Source: an uncultured delta proteobacterium
Lineage (GTDB): Bacteria > Desulfobacterota > Binatia > UBA9968
Direction of reading: 5' to 3'
Assembly (NCBI GenBank): GCA_963847445.1
Contig: CAWJZV010000046.1
Span: forward strand, 32,001 to 96,000
Length of the DNA: 64,000 nucleotides
A program made the position numbers and the translations under genes. This document shows positions 22,955 to 34,378 of this stretch, piece after piece (positions within the stretch are counted from its first letter, which is position 1; every line of letters begins with the position of its first letter). The notes beneath the pieces were generated by a model, which was not told the origin of the DNA, searched no databases, and worked only from the letters and a program-made list of their open reading frames with translations.

Positions 22955-23258
22955 GTCACTGCGCGCCCATGTCGAGGGCGCGGTGCGCGGCATGAAAGAC
23001 AAAGCCTTCGCGATCAAGACCATGGGCAAGTATTTTCGCACCGACGACAAAGAAGTGCTCGACGAAACTTACGAGTTGAGCATCAAGACCGGCTTCACCG
23101 TGCCGCCGTATCCGGCGGGCATTCCCGGTCTGTTGCAAGACTTGGAAAGGACTACGCCCAAAGCTAAAACCGCCAAGCCTGAGGAGTTCATCGACAACCG
23201 GCTAGTGCGTGAGATGGATCAGAGCGGGTTTGTGAAGTCGCTGCTGGCGGGGAAGTGA
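22955..23258 (+). pseudogene. 5'-truncated NMT1-type substrate-binding protein
   Basis: Only the C-terminal third is present (LRAHVEG...KYFRTDD...PEEFIDNRLVREMDQSGFV). Confidence 0.7.
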
Positions 23259-23372
23259 GCGGAGCTGAACGGCGACGATAATATTCGAATAGAAATTACC
23301 AAGCCACACCGGTTCGTCTCTCTGCCAGCGATGAAATCATCGGGGAATTTTGAAAAAGCAGCTTAGCAATGG

Positions 23373-24956
23373 CTACAGGTCGTTGCCTGCGTAAGACATA
23401 TTAAAGCTTTTATTCACAGCGGAAAATCGGGCACGATGTTTTTGAGCAGGGCAAACGAGAGCGCGGGCCAGTTCGACAAATGACGGGTCTTTGACTTTCA
23501 CGCGGTAGAGTTTGCCTTCGCGGTCAACCATCACCCAGTGCAGGATCGCGCCGCGCCAGCCTTCGACCATCCCGAAGGCCGGTTCGAAAGCGGGCAGTGA
23601 ACCGAGCGGATTGGCAATCGCGCCGTCGGGCATTGCCGCGAGCGCCTGCTTGATCAGACTCACCGACTCGCGGACTTCTTCGACGCGCACCATCGTCCGC
23701 GCGTGCACGTCGCCCGACTCGAACACCGGCACGTGGAACTTCAGCGCGCTGTACGCCGCAAAGGGATGATCGCGCCGCACATCAACGTCCAGGCCCGAGG
23801 CGCGCGCCACGTAGCCCAGCACGCCGTGATCGGTCGCCGTCTTGAGGGTCAGACGACCCGCGCCCTCCAGGCGATCCATCAGCATGGTGTTGCTCAGGCT
23901 GATGTCGACGATTTCGTTGAAGTCGGCCAGGATCGAATCGAGTTCACGCGCCAGATCAAGTCCGATCGGCAGATCGTGGCCCACGCCGCCCGGCACGATC
24001 CCGCCGCGCAGCAGCCGGTTGCCGGTCAGGCGTTTGTTCAAGCGCAGCAGCCGCTCGCGGATGCGGAAGCAGTGCGAGTGGGCGACGGCAAAGCCGGTGT
24101 CGTTGCAGATCTCGCCGAAGTCGGCGATGTGGTTGTAGAGCCGTTCCATCTCCAGCAGGATGACGCGCAGATACTTGGCGCGGGCAGGCACGTCGCAGCC
24201 GGCCAGCGCTTCCACCGCCTGGCAGTAGGCCAGCGAATGACCGATGGTCGTGTCGCCGGAGATGCGCTCGGCCAGTTCCACGCCATCGGCCGGCGCAGCG
24301 ACCTTCGAAGAGTTTCTCCGTGCCTTTGTGCGTGAAGTAGAGGCGAATCTTCAGATCGATCACCGTCTCGCCGACCACGCTGAAGCGGAAGTGGCCCGGC
24401 TCGATGATGCCGGCATGCACCGGCCCGACCGGAATCTCGTAGACGCCCTCGCCGCCCACCGGCAGGAAGGGAAACGGCGTGCCGTCGTCCTCGAATTTCT
24501 CCGGCGGCGACGGCGTCTTTGCGCAGCGGAAAATAATCTTCCGGCCAGAAAGCGTGGCGCACCAGCGGGCGGGGATCGGGGTGGTCCATGGCTTCGATGC
24601 CGAACAGATCTTTGATTTCACGCTCGAAGCGCGAGGCCGGATAATAGAAGGTCGCCATCGAAGCGATGGTCGGGTCTTCGGCGGGCAGGTTTTTCGTGGC
24701 GTGCACGAACCAGTTCTCGCGGTCGTTGGCGAAGAGATAGTGGACTTCAAACACGCCCTTGTCGGCGCGGCGGTCGTTGGCGACCATCAGCCGCAGTTCG
24801 GCGTTGAAATCGGCGCGGAGAATCTTCGCCAGGTTGAGCGCATCGCCGCGCGCAATTTGAAAGTGCAATTCGTTGCCACGCAGGATGTGGACATTTTTGA
24901 CGCGGTTTTTGAAATTTGTCCGCAAGCGCGGCTTGGAGTTGGGTGAAGTTGGTCAT
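23373..24956 (-). CDS. hyfG: Ehr/Hyf large subunit (NuoC+NuoD-like) lacking NiFe cysteines; frameshifted
   Basis: FEREIKDLFGI, PVGPVHAGIIEPGHFRF, HKGTEK, ERISGDT, ELERLYNH-like, VEGWRG, NKSFNMSYAGNDL. Confidence 0.9.
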
Positions 24957-26468
24957 TTTGAAATAATCCCCACACTTTGATTGAGCAAGGTCGCCAGCGG
25001 CGCGGGCAGGGTCAGACCGAGCGTGACCAGCACAGCCACGTTAATCAACAGCAAGCGCAATGCGCCACGAGAAGCGTTCCGCCGGGCGTTCTGTGTTTAT
25101 TTCTTCTTCCGATGGCGTGCCGTACAGCATCTTGTTCAGATGACTGATGAACGAGACAAAGACCACCGCCAGCAGAGCCAGCGCCGCGCCCATCAGCCAG
25201 GGATGGTTGAGCGCGAAACCGGCGCGGAAGAGGGCGAACTCCGCGATAAAGATGCCGCCCGGCGGCAGGCCGATCAGGGTCATCAAGCCAACGGCGAACA
25301 GCGCGCCCGTCCACGGCATGGTTTTGAGCAAGCCGCGCGTTTTTGCGATCAGCGGCGATCTGTATTTGTGTTCGATGTTATCCACCAGGAAGAACATCAG
25401 CGACTTGGCGGCGGTGTGATTGACCAGATGCAACAGCGCGGCGAATGTGCCCAGCGGCCCCAGCGCCAGGCCGAGACAGATCAGGCCGGTATGTTCGATG
25501 CTGGAATAGGCCAACATGCGTTTGTAGTTCGTCGCCAGCACCACGCTGAAGGCGGCGATCAAGCAGCGAGAGCAGACCGAGCGCCATGAGCAGGTTGTTG
25601 GTGTAGCCAACTGCCCAGGGTCGCATCGGCCACCACCTTCCAGCGCAGAAGCGCGTACATCGCCACCGCGAACAAAGCCGACGACATCAGCGCGGTCAGC
25701 GGCGCGGGCGATTCGCCGTAGGCATCCGGCTTCCAGGTGTGCATCGGCGCGATGCCGGCCTTGGTCCCGTAGCCGATCAGCAGGAAGACAAACGCCAGGC
25801 GCATCACTTCGGGATGCAGGGAGGGCGCGGTGGCGAACAGCACGGTCCAGTTGAGGGCGTTTTCCGCGCGCCCCGACAGTGAGACAAAATCGAAGTAGGC
25901 CAGCACCGTGCCGGCAAAGGCCAGCGCGATGCCGACCGAGCCGATCAGGATGTATTTCCACGAGGCTTCGACGGAGGCTTTGTTGAGTTTGAGCGGGATG
26001 ATGAAGGCCGAAAATATGGTGGTGGCTTCGATCGCGATCCACATCACGCCGACGTTGTTGGCCGAGACCGCCAGCAGCATCGCGGCGATGAACAGGTTGA
26101 TGAAAACGTGATAGCGGCGCAATTGGTTGGGACCGTAAGCCAGTTCGCCCCAGTGCGGATTTTGGATCGGGCGCCCGAGGCCGGGGCTGAGAAATAATGT
26201 CAGCGTGGCAACGGCTGTCACGCACACCATCAGCAGGGCGGAGAGACTGTCGGCGCGCAGAACCTCGTCGAGGTTGAGCCATTCGAGCTTGAGTCCCCAG
26301 GTTGGGGTCTGACCGCCGATGACTTGCGCCACGAAGCCAAATGCCGCGCCGAGCGAAATAAGCGAAAGCCACGCGCCAATCCAGCCGACCAAGGCGCGAT
26401 ACGGGCGGACGAGAGACGCCAATCAAGGCGGCGAGTAAGGGAGGCAAAATCAGGAAGAAGAAAGTCAT
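24953..26468 (-). CDS. hyfF: Hydrogenase-4 subunit F-like antiporter subunit (frameshifted)
   Basis: WIAIEATT, EASWKY, GYGTKAGIAPMHTWKPDA, KRMLAYSSIEH, NHTAAKSLMF; ATGA overlap with the large subunit. Confidence 0.9.
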
Positions 26469-26478
26469 GGAGAGTCTC

Positions 26479-27140
26479 TCAGTGTTTGAGTTCGTTCAAC
26501 TGGTCAACGTCAATGGATTCAAACGTGCTGTGAATGTGATAGACAAAGACCTGCATCACGAGAAAGCCCATCAGCACGTCGAGGAACACGCCCAGTTCGA
26601 CGATGAGCGGGATGCCGAAGGTGCCCAGCACGGCCAGCAGGGCGATGCCATTCTCCATCACCAGAAAGCCGACGATTTGGGTCAGCGCCTTCTTGCGCGT
26701 GATGACGACGAATAGCCCGACGAAGATCAAGCCCCATCGCCAGCGGCAAGCCGCCGCGCGTGGGCAAGTCGCTGACCAGGACCAGCGGACGGGTGATAGC
26801 GTAGGCCAGCAGCACGAGCAGTCCGGCCAGGATCAGCGAGGTGGCCACGTTAACGTAGGGCTGTAGCTCGCGCTCGATCGCCAAAGCGTTTTTCCATACG
26901 CTCCAGATAGCGCGGCAGGATGAGGACCTTGAGAACGAAAAGCACAGCGGCGACAAAATACAGTTCCGGATCGTGGCCGAAGTAGCCAATGATGACAAAC
27001 ATAACCGTCAGCGCGGCCGACTGCCATTGAAAGACGCTCGTGTAAGCGTGCAAACTTTTGCGCCACAGCAAGGTAATGCCAAATAGCAGGACTACGCTGG
27101 AGCCGAGGGTGGAGAGTTGAGAGAAGAGGCTATCGTTCAT
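26479..27140 (-). CDS. hyfE: Hydrogenase-4 subunit E-like membrane protein (frameshifted)
   Basis: KVLILP, RKKALTQIVGFLVMENG, PLIVELG..LD. Confidence 0.88.
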
Positions 27141-27151
27141 AGGTTATCCGT

Positions 27152-27203
27152 GTAGCGCGAGATTCATCTCGCTTTATTTGGTGCGAGTTAAATCTCGCGT
27201 TAC
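27152..27203. repeat. Inverted pair of GTAG-type REP-like palindromes
   Basis: GTAGCGCGAGATTCATCTCGC ... GCGAGTTAAATCTCGCGTTAC between hyfC and hyfE. Confidence 0.6.
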
Positions 27204-28142
27204 TTCAAAAGAAATGACGACGTGACCGCCAGCAGTGCCAGCACAAACGACATGCCCAGCAGTTCCGGCACGCGGAACAGGCGCAGTTTGGCGATGCGCG
27301 TTTCAACCACGGCTACCACTACAGCCCAACATCGCAAGTTTGAGAATGAGCGTCACGACAGCAATTGCCAGCGCCGCGGGGGTGAGCGTCAGTCGCCAAG
27401 CCCCACGGCACGAACAGGTTCGCCAGCAGGGAGAAGAAGATGGTCAGTTTCAACCATGACGCCCATTCAATCAGCGCCAGGTAGCGGCCCGAATATTCCA
27501 GAATCATGGCCTCGTGGATCATGGTCAGTTCCAGATGCGTGGACGGGTTGTCCACCGGCAGGCGTCCTGTCTCGGCCAGTGTGACGATGAAGAGCGCGGC
27601 GAAGGCCAGCAGATGACCAGGGCTGAGCGCCGAGCCAGGCTGCGTCAACGTGGCGGTAACGATGTGCCCCAGATTGGTCGAGCCCGCGCCCAGCGCCAGG
27701 CCAAAGATGGCCAGGGCAATCGTCGGCTCGGCGATGGCGGCCACGGTCATCTCGCGGCTGGCACCCATCCCGCCGAAGGCGGTGCCAGGATCCAGTCCGG
27801 CCAGCGCCAGGAAGAAAGTCCCCAGCAGCAGCAGATAGACGACCACCAGCAGGTCGCCGATATCGTCAAAGGGCAGGGGCGCGGCGATGAGCGGGACGAG
27901 GAAAGTCACTGCCACCGCGCTGGCAAAGACGATGTAGGGCGCAAAGCGGAACAGCCACGAGGCGTTGTTCGACATGACCACTTCTTTGCCGAACAACTTG
28001 GCGAGTTCAAAGTAGGGCTGCCGGAGGGCGCGCCGCGCCGATTTTGCAGGCGGGCTTTTACCCAGCGCACAAAACCCACCAGCCCCGGCGCCAGCAGCAG
28101 CGCCAGCAATGCTTGAGAAAATTCGAGAAGATAACCAGTCAT
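27200..28142 (-). CDS. hyfC: Hydrogenase-4 subunit C / HycD (NuoH-like) membrane subunit (frameshifted)
   Basis: KARLQNRRG, FGGMGASRE, AETGRLPVDNP.THLELTMIHEAMILEYSG. Confidence 0.9.
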
Positions 28143-28222
28143 ATCAAAGTCTCCATAGCCGCTGGAGTTTATCGGCAGATTTCGCAGATGGGCCAAAAAT
28201 CGGCGGAATCGGCGGTTTTGTT

Positions 28223-30265
28223 CTAAAACCACCTCGCGGCTAAAAGCAAAATAATCAGAATCACCGTGACATACACCAGATATAAATGGAGCGAACCCGC
28301 CTGCAACCGCCGCACCTGGCGCGCCGCGAATCGCACCAGCCGCAGGAACGGGTCGTACAGCAAGCGCTCGAACAGCGGCGTGATTTCGCTCTTGTATTCG
28401 ATGGACTGGACAAAATATTTCGAGTCGGGGTGGAATTCAATCGTCAACTCTTTGGTCGGGCGGTAAAGTTCGGCGAAGACGCGGCGCAGCGGTTCGGCAA
28501 ACGCAGTGGCGGTGTATTCCATGCGCGGGGTCTGTCCCGTGCGGCCACAGCCCCAGGTGTCGCTCACGCGCAAGCGGCGATTGACGCGCAGAATCCACAT
28601 CACCAGCGGGATGAGCGCGAGGAGCATCAGCAACCCGAGCATAACCAGCGTGGGGGACATTTGCCCAAAAGCGGCAGGAGATCTGCACCGACACGTTAAA
28701 CGTGAAGGTCTGACGCGTATCGGGCAGACCGCCGAGGCCGTTCAGGACTCCGCCGACTACCAACAGCGGCAACGCACCACAAAGGGAGCGGCCAGCGAGG
28801 CCCAGCCCGACGCAAGCCAGCGCCAGGATCGCCCATGCCGATGCGCATCGAGAGCGGCGCCTCGTGGGCGTGTTCCGCTTCGTGGGAACGCGGGATGGCC
28901 AGGAAGGTGATGCCAAAGGCTTTGACGAAGCACGCCGCCGCCAGGCCGCTGGTCAGCGCCAGCATGCCCACCGCGATCGGCATCAACACCGCCACTTCAG
29001 GCACGGGGATGTTGAAGCCGCCCAGCAGGGCTTGAAACACCAGCCATTCCGAGGCAAAGCCGTTGAGCGGCGGCAGGGCCGAGATGGCGGCGGCGCCAAT
29101 CAAGAAGAAGAACGCCGTCCAGGGCATCCGCTTGATCAGCCCGCCCATCTCCTCCATGTTGCGCGTGTGCGTGGCGTGCAGGACCGAACCCGCGCCGAGG
29201 AACAGCAAGCCCTTGAAACTGGCGTGGTTGATGGTGTGATACAGCCCGCCGATGAAACCGAGCGCGGCCAGCGTCATCAGTCCGTAACTGTGGAAGACCA
29301 GCCCCGCGCCGATGCCGATCAGGATGATGCCGATGTTCTCGACCGAGTGATAGGCCAGCAGTCGCTTGAGGTCATGCTCCATCAGCGCATACAACACGCC
29401 GAGCAGCGCCGAGACCGCGCCAATGCTCAAGGACCAGTCCGCCCCACCAGACGGGACCGCCGCCGAGCAAATCCAGCGCCACGCGCATCAATCCGTAAAT
29501 GCCCATCTTGATCACCACGCCCGACATGAGCGCCGAGACGTGACTCGGCGCGACCGGATGCGCCATCGGCAGCCAGATATGCAGCGGCACGATGCCCGCC
29601 TTGGCGCCGAAGCCGAACAACGCCAGCAGGAAAATTGCATCGCGGGTCAGCGGCGCGAGCAAGGCCGAGGTCGAGCGCATAGCCACAAATGAAGCGGTCA
29701 ACTCGCCGCCGGAGAGCAGGAGGAACATCGCCACCAGCGCGGCAAAGCCCGCATGGGTCATGGCAAGATACCAGTTGGCGGCGCGCACCGTGCCAGGCTG
29801 GTCGTTCTCGGTCAGCACCAGCCAGTAGGCCGAGAGCGACATCACTTCCCACATCAGCAAAAAGGTCAGGGCGTTGTCGGCCATCACTTGCAGGCTGAGC
29901 GACAGCAGCAGCACGTTGAGCATCGCGCCGAGCATCCGCAGGGAGTAGCGGCCTTCATAGGCCGCTGAGTAGCCGAAGCCATAGAGCGAAGCGGACGCGC
30001 CGACCAGGCCGATAACGATCAGAAAGAACGCACCCAGCCCGTCGAGCCGTAGGGCAAAGCCTGTCAGCGGTAGAAAAGATGGGATGGAAAACTGAATCAG
30101 CTCACCCGATGCCAGAGCCGCGACTCCCAGAGCGAATCCCGCGCCTGCGCCGATGACCGCTCCCAGCGCGGACAGTCCGCGACTGAGAACGCCGCGTCCA
30201 AAGACCAGCGCACCGACTGCGCCCAAGGCGTAACCTGAAAGCATCAGCAGGAATAGGGACATCAT
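28223..30265 (-). CDS. hyfB: Hydrogenase-4 subunit B-like antiporter subunit, copy 2 (frameshifted)
   Basis: [67 protein letters not shown]. Confidence 0.9.
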
Positions 30266-30292
30266 AAGGTGTAAGCGGTTGGCAAATTTACT

Positions 30293-32370
30293 TTACTGGC
30301 CTGTCCACAACGACGCGACCAGCATCAGTACCAGCATGACGAAAAGATAAGCCACGTAGCCGTGCAGGGAACCGGACTGAAACCGCCGCACGCGCAGGCT
30401 GATCCATTGCGTGACGTCCAGCAACGGCGCGTAGAGAAACTCTTCGAACCACGAGCGGATGTCGCTCTTGTACTCGATGGACTGCACGAAGTATTTGGAC
30501 TCGGGGTGGAAGTCAATCGTCAGTTCTTTGGTCGGGCGATAGAGTTCGGCAAAGACGCGGCGCAACGGTTCGGCAAACGCAGTGGCGGTGTACTCCATGC
30601 GCGGCGTCTGCCCGACGCGGCCACAGCCCCAGGTGTCGCTGACGCGCAGGCGGCGGTTGACGCGCATGACAGCCATCACCAGCGGCGCAAGTCCCAGCAC
30701 GATCAGCAAACTGAGCGCGATCAGCGTCGGCGAGATTTGGGCGAAGCCTTCGGGCATTTGCAGGGAAAGGTCCGCGGAAAACGTCGGCGCGACGGCGGGC
30801 AGTCCGCCTATCCCGGCGACGACGCGCCCCAGGATCGGCACGATGACGGTGGGCGTCAGCCCCAGCAGCGACGCAGGCGAGGACGAGCAACCCCATGCCC
30901 GATCCGCATCGAGAGCGGGCGACTTCGTGCGCGTGCGCGGCTTCGTCCGAGCGCGGGATGGCCAGGAAGGTGATGCCGAAGGCTTTGACAAATCCGGCGG
31001 CGGCCAGACCGCCCGTCAAGCGCCAGCAGCCCGACCGCGAGGGTCATCAGCGCGGCGACAACGGGCTGCGGAATGCTCACGCCTGGCAGCAGCGATTGGA
31101 ACAAGAGCCATTCGCCGACAAAGCCGTTGAGCGGCGGAAGGCCGGCAATCGCCACCGCGCCGATCAGAAAGAACAACGCCGTCCACGGCATCCGCTTGAT
31201 CAGCCCGCCCATCAGGTTCATGTCGCGGGTGTGCGTGGCGTGCAGGACCGAGCCGGCGCCCATAAACAGCAGCCCCTTGAAGGCGGTGTGATTCAGCGCG
31301 TGATACAGCGCGGCGACGAAGGCCAGCGCCGCCGCTGTCGGCAGGCCGCGCGCGCCGAACAGCAATCCCGCGCCGACACCGATAAAGACGATGCCGATAT
31401 TCTCGACGCTGGAGTAGGCCAGCAGACGCTTGAGGTCGTTCTCCATCAGCGCGTACAGAATTCCCAGCAAGGCGGAGACCGCGCCAACGGCCAGCACGAG
31501 CGCGCCCCACCAGGTCGGCCCGCCGCCGAGCAAATCCAGCGCGACGCGCAAAATGCCGTAGACGCCCATCTTGATCATCACGCCGGACATCAACGCGGAA
31601 ACGTGACTCGGCGCGGCAGGATGGGCGCGCGGCAGCCAGACGTGAAGCGGCACGATGCCCGCCTTCGAGCCAAAGCCGAGGAAGGCCAGCAGGAAGATCA
31701 GGTTGCGCGTCGTCGCCGAGAGCGAGGCCGCGCCTGCGCGCAGATCGGCAAACGCGCCCGTCCCGCCATTCATCAGCAGCACAAACGCGGCCAGCAACAG
31801 CGCCAGCCCGGCGTGCGTCATGGCGATGTACCACAAGCCCGCGTTCCGTACTCGCTCTTCGCCTGATTCGGTGATGACGAGAAAGTACGAGGCAAGCGAC
31901 ATGCCTTCCCACATCAGCAGGAACGTGAGCACGTTGTCGGCCAGCGTGACGAGGCTCATCGTCAGCAGAAACAGATTGAACATCACGCCCAGCAAAGGCA
32001 GCGAAGCGCGGCCATCGTTATATGCGGCAGTGTACCCCGCGCCGTACAAGGCGGCAGGGATAGCGCCAACGCCTATGAGGACGAGGAAAAACGCGCCGAG
32101 CGCATCGAGCCGCAAAGCGAGGCCGCCTCCGAGCGGCAAAAGTTCAGGGACGGAAAGTGCAAACGAGGTGCCCGTGGCGATCACCGTTGCCCCAAGCACC
32201 AGCCCCGCGCCGGCGCCGACGACCGCACCGAGCGCCACCAGCCATCGCCCGATCGACTTCCGGCCGCCCATCATTGCGGCGAGAGCGCCAAGCCCGTAGG
32301 CTATGAGCATTAAGAAAAAGAAGCTTTGCATGAAGGTCAAGAAAAAATCCGCGAGTTGGGATTCAATCAT
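30293..32370 (-). CDS. hyfB: Hydrogenase-4 subunit B-like antiporter subunit, copy 1 (frameshifted)
   Basis: [57 protein letters not shown]. Confidence 0.9.
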
Positions 32371-32882
32371 TTTTTGTGCGGACGTCGATCAAGTGCCGCC
32401 AAGATGCCGTTTAGAATATCGGTTGGCTCGGGCGGGCAGCCTAGGACAAACACGTCCACCGGAATAACTTGATCGACACTGCCGATGATCGCGTAGCTGC
32501 CTTTGAAGACACCACAATGTTTCGCGCAATCTCCCACTGCTACCACGAGCTTCGGGGCGGGGGTCGCATCGTAGGTCTTAAGCAGCGGCACTTCCATGTT
32601 TCGAGTCACCGGCCCAGTCACAAGCAGCATATCCGCATGGCGCGGCGAGGCCACAAAGTGAATTCCGAACCGCTCGCTATCGTAAACGGGGCCAGTGAGC
32701 CCGCTGATTTCAATCTCACAGCCGTTGCACGAACCGGCATCCACTTCCCGAATGGCCAAGGCGCGGCCTAGATGACGCTGGATCTCGGCCGCCGTTTTTC
32801 TAACTATTTCAACGAATTTATCCGAGCTGTCGCTCAGCGGCTCGGTCACAAGGCCGGTGCGGAGAATTTTCGAGAACAGCAC
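32367..32882 (-). CDS. Ehr/Hyf small subunit (NuoB-like Fe-S protein)
   Basis: DAGSCNGCE, SPRHAD, VGDC, GCPP; GTG start overlaps the TAG of the upstream ArsR fragment. Confidence 0.9.
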   Translation of the reverse strand: MLFSKILRTGLVTEPLSDSSDKFVEIVRKTAAEIQRHLGRALAIREVDAGSCNGCEIEISGLTGPVYDSERFGIHFVASPRHADMLLVTGPVTRNMEVPLLKTYDATPAPKLVVAVGDCAKHCGVFKGSYAIIGSVDQVIPVDVFVLGCPPEPTDILNGILAALDRRPHKK

Positions 32883-33107
32883 TAGTCGCGTCCCTCCTTG
32901 CGCAGTTCGCGCAGCATGGTTTGCGTATCTTTCAGGTGGTTTTCGAATATGAGGCGAGCAGTTTTGAGTAGATCTCCGACTAGAGGATCCCGGATTGCGT
33001 ACTTGACCGTCGTACCCGAGTTTTCGCGAGGCAACGATATTCTTGCCTCGTAGCACGGCAAGCTGCTGCGAGACTAACGGCTGGTCAACCTTGAGTTCGT
33101 CCTGCAT
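32882..33107 (-). pseudogene. 5'-truncated ArsR-family regulator (Rv0081-like)
   Basis: VSQQLAVLRGKNIVASRK, then Y.IRDPLVGDLLKTARLIF in the shifted frame; N-terminal helices missing. Confidence 0.7.
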
Positions 33108-33311
33108 AAACGATAAAGCTCCCCAATCCTAGAACTACCACCATGGGTTCGACCCTCCACAGGTCGCGTCTTAGTGATCTTGCCTCCCCAAGAGTTAAAC
33201 GGTACTGTTCCACAACTTAGTCCTCAACGTGAGATGACGTTCTTTAATAAAGTTCTTCCCTACGAACAAACTTTTCAGTCAAAGCGTCGGCAAGCCATTC
33301 GCCACAGCTCC

Positions 33312-33647
33312 CTATAGACCGGTAGCTCCTTTAGACTTCAGGTATAGTATTAGCTCTTTATTTAGCCCCTTGGACTCTGAAAAATCAGCTCCGGTTGCTA
33401 TCGCGCCACCGAACACGGTGCCCCTCAGATTTGCTTTTTTGAAGCTGGTGTTGATCAGCATTGTGTCGGATAAATCGGCGTTCGTTAGATCGCTCGCCGC
33501 GAGTTTTCCATAGTTTAACCGGCAACCCTTAAGATTGGCCTGTCTAAGGTCTAAGTTGGAGAGGTCCATGCCGGTGAGATAAAGGTTTCTGAGATCGACA
33601 CCGGCCAGGCTTTCGTGTTTTTCAATTTTTTGTAGAATACGTTTCAT
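33312..33647 (-). CDS. Pentapeptide repeat protein
   Basis: A(D/N)L-type repeats (ANLKG, SDLTN, ADLSD, ANLRG, ADFS). Confidence 0.85.
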   Translation of the reverse strand: MKRILQKIEKHESLAGVDLRNLYLTGMDLSNLDLRQANLKGCRLNYGKLAASDLTNADLSDTMLINTSFKKANLRGTVFGGAIATGADFSESKGLNKELILYLKSKGATGL

Positions 33648-33681
33648 CTCGTTATCTCCCTGCCATCGGTTATTCCGATGT

Positions 33682-34278
33682 CTATGTCGTTGGCGCAGCC
33701 TTTACGACGAAATGCGCGCGCCGATTCTTTGCCCAGCACGCCTCATTTTGCTCCTTGCACAGAGAAAGCTCTTCACCGTAGCTGATTGTCGTCAGCGTAG
33801 CCGGCGAAGTTCCCAGATCGATGAGATAACGCTTCACGCTTTCTGCTCTCTTCGCTCCCAAAGCAAGGTTATACTCACTGGTTCCACGCTCGTCGCAGTG
33901 TCCTTCAATCTGGACTGTGGCTAGAGAATTCGCCTTAAGCCACGCCGCATGACCCTTAAGGATATCCCTGGCTGCTGGACTAAGATCGGAACGATCGAAG
34001 TCAAAGTTGACGTCACGAAGAGGACCTTCGTCAACACCTTTGCCCAAAGTTCCCTTCTGAAGAGCCTCGAGACTTGAGACTTGTGCAGGCTTAGAAGGCG
34101 CCGACGAAGGTGGTTTCTGCGCGGCTGCAACTTTCTGCGGCACGGCTGCCTCTGACGGTTTCGATGCCGTCTGCTGAGAACAACCGACCAAGAGAAATAG
34201 CGCTATGAAAAAAAGGTAAAACCCAGTGAAAGGGTGGGTGCTCTCACTATGATTTGTGTACATTCGATCTACCTCCAT
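33682..34278 (-). CDS. pal: Peptidoglycan-associated lipoprotein, second paralogue
   Basis: Lipobox LVGC; VNFDFD, IEGHCDERGTSEYNLALG, SYGEE, WAKNRRAHF. Confidence 0.9.
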   Translation of the reverse strand: MEVDRMYTNHSESTHPFTGFYLFFIALFLLVGCSQQTASKPSEAAVPQKVAAAQKPPSSAPSKPAQVSSLEALQKGTLGKGVDEGPLRDVNFDFDRSDLSPAARDILKGHAAWLKANSLATVQIEGHCDERGTSEYNLALGAKRAESVKRYLIDLGTSPATLTTISYGEELSLCKEQNEACWAKNRRAHFVVKAAPTT

Positions 34279-34378
34279 TTTAGACTGTCCCTTTCCTGAT
34301 GTCCGACCTCGCGGTGATTAACCAAACGCTTTTCCTGTTCTCTATCCGTTCCGCTTGCATTGCTGACACTAGCTGCTC

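Noticed and set aside
23373-32882. Functional [NiFe] hydrogenase-4 / formate hydrogenlyase
   Set aside because: Both Ni-binding CxxC motifs are absent; no maturation or fdh genes
32367-33107. ArsR-small subunit fusion (246-aa ORF)
   Set aside because: Artefact of a frameshift in the ArsR fragment, whose own stop overlaps the GTG start at 32882
33140-33165. tRNA fragment / attR (GGGTTCGACCC)
   Set aside because: T-stem does not pair properly and it does not match the tRNA-Ile2 3' end
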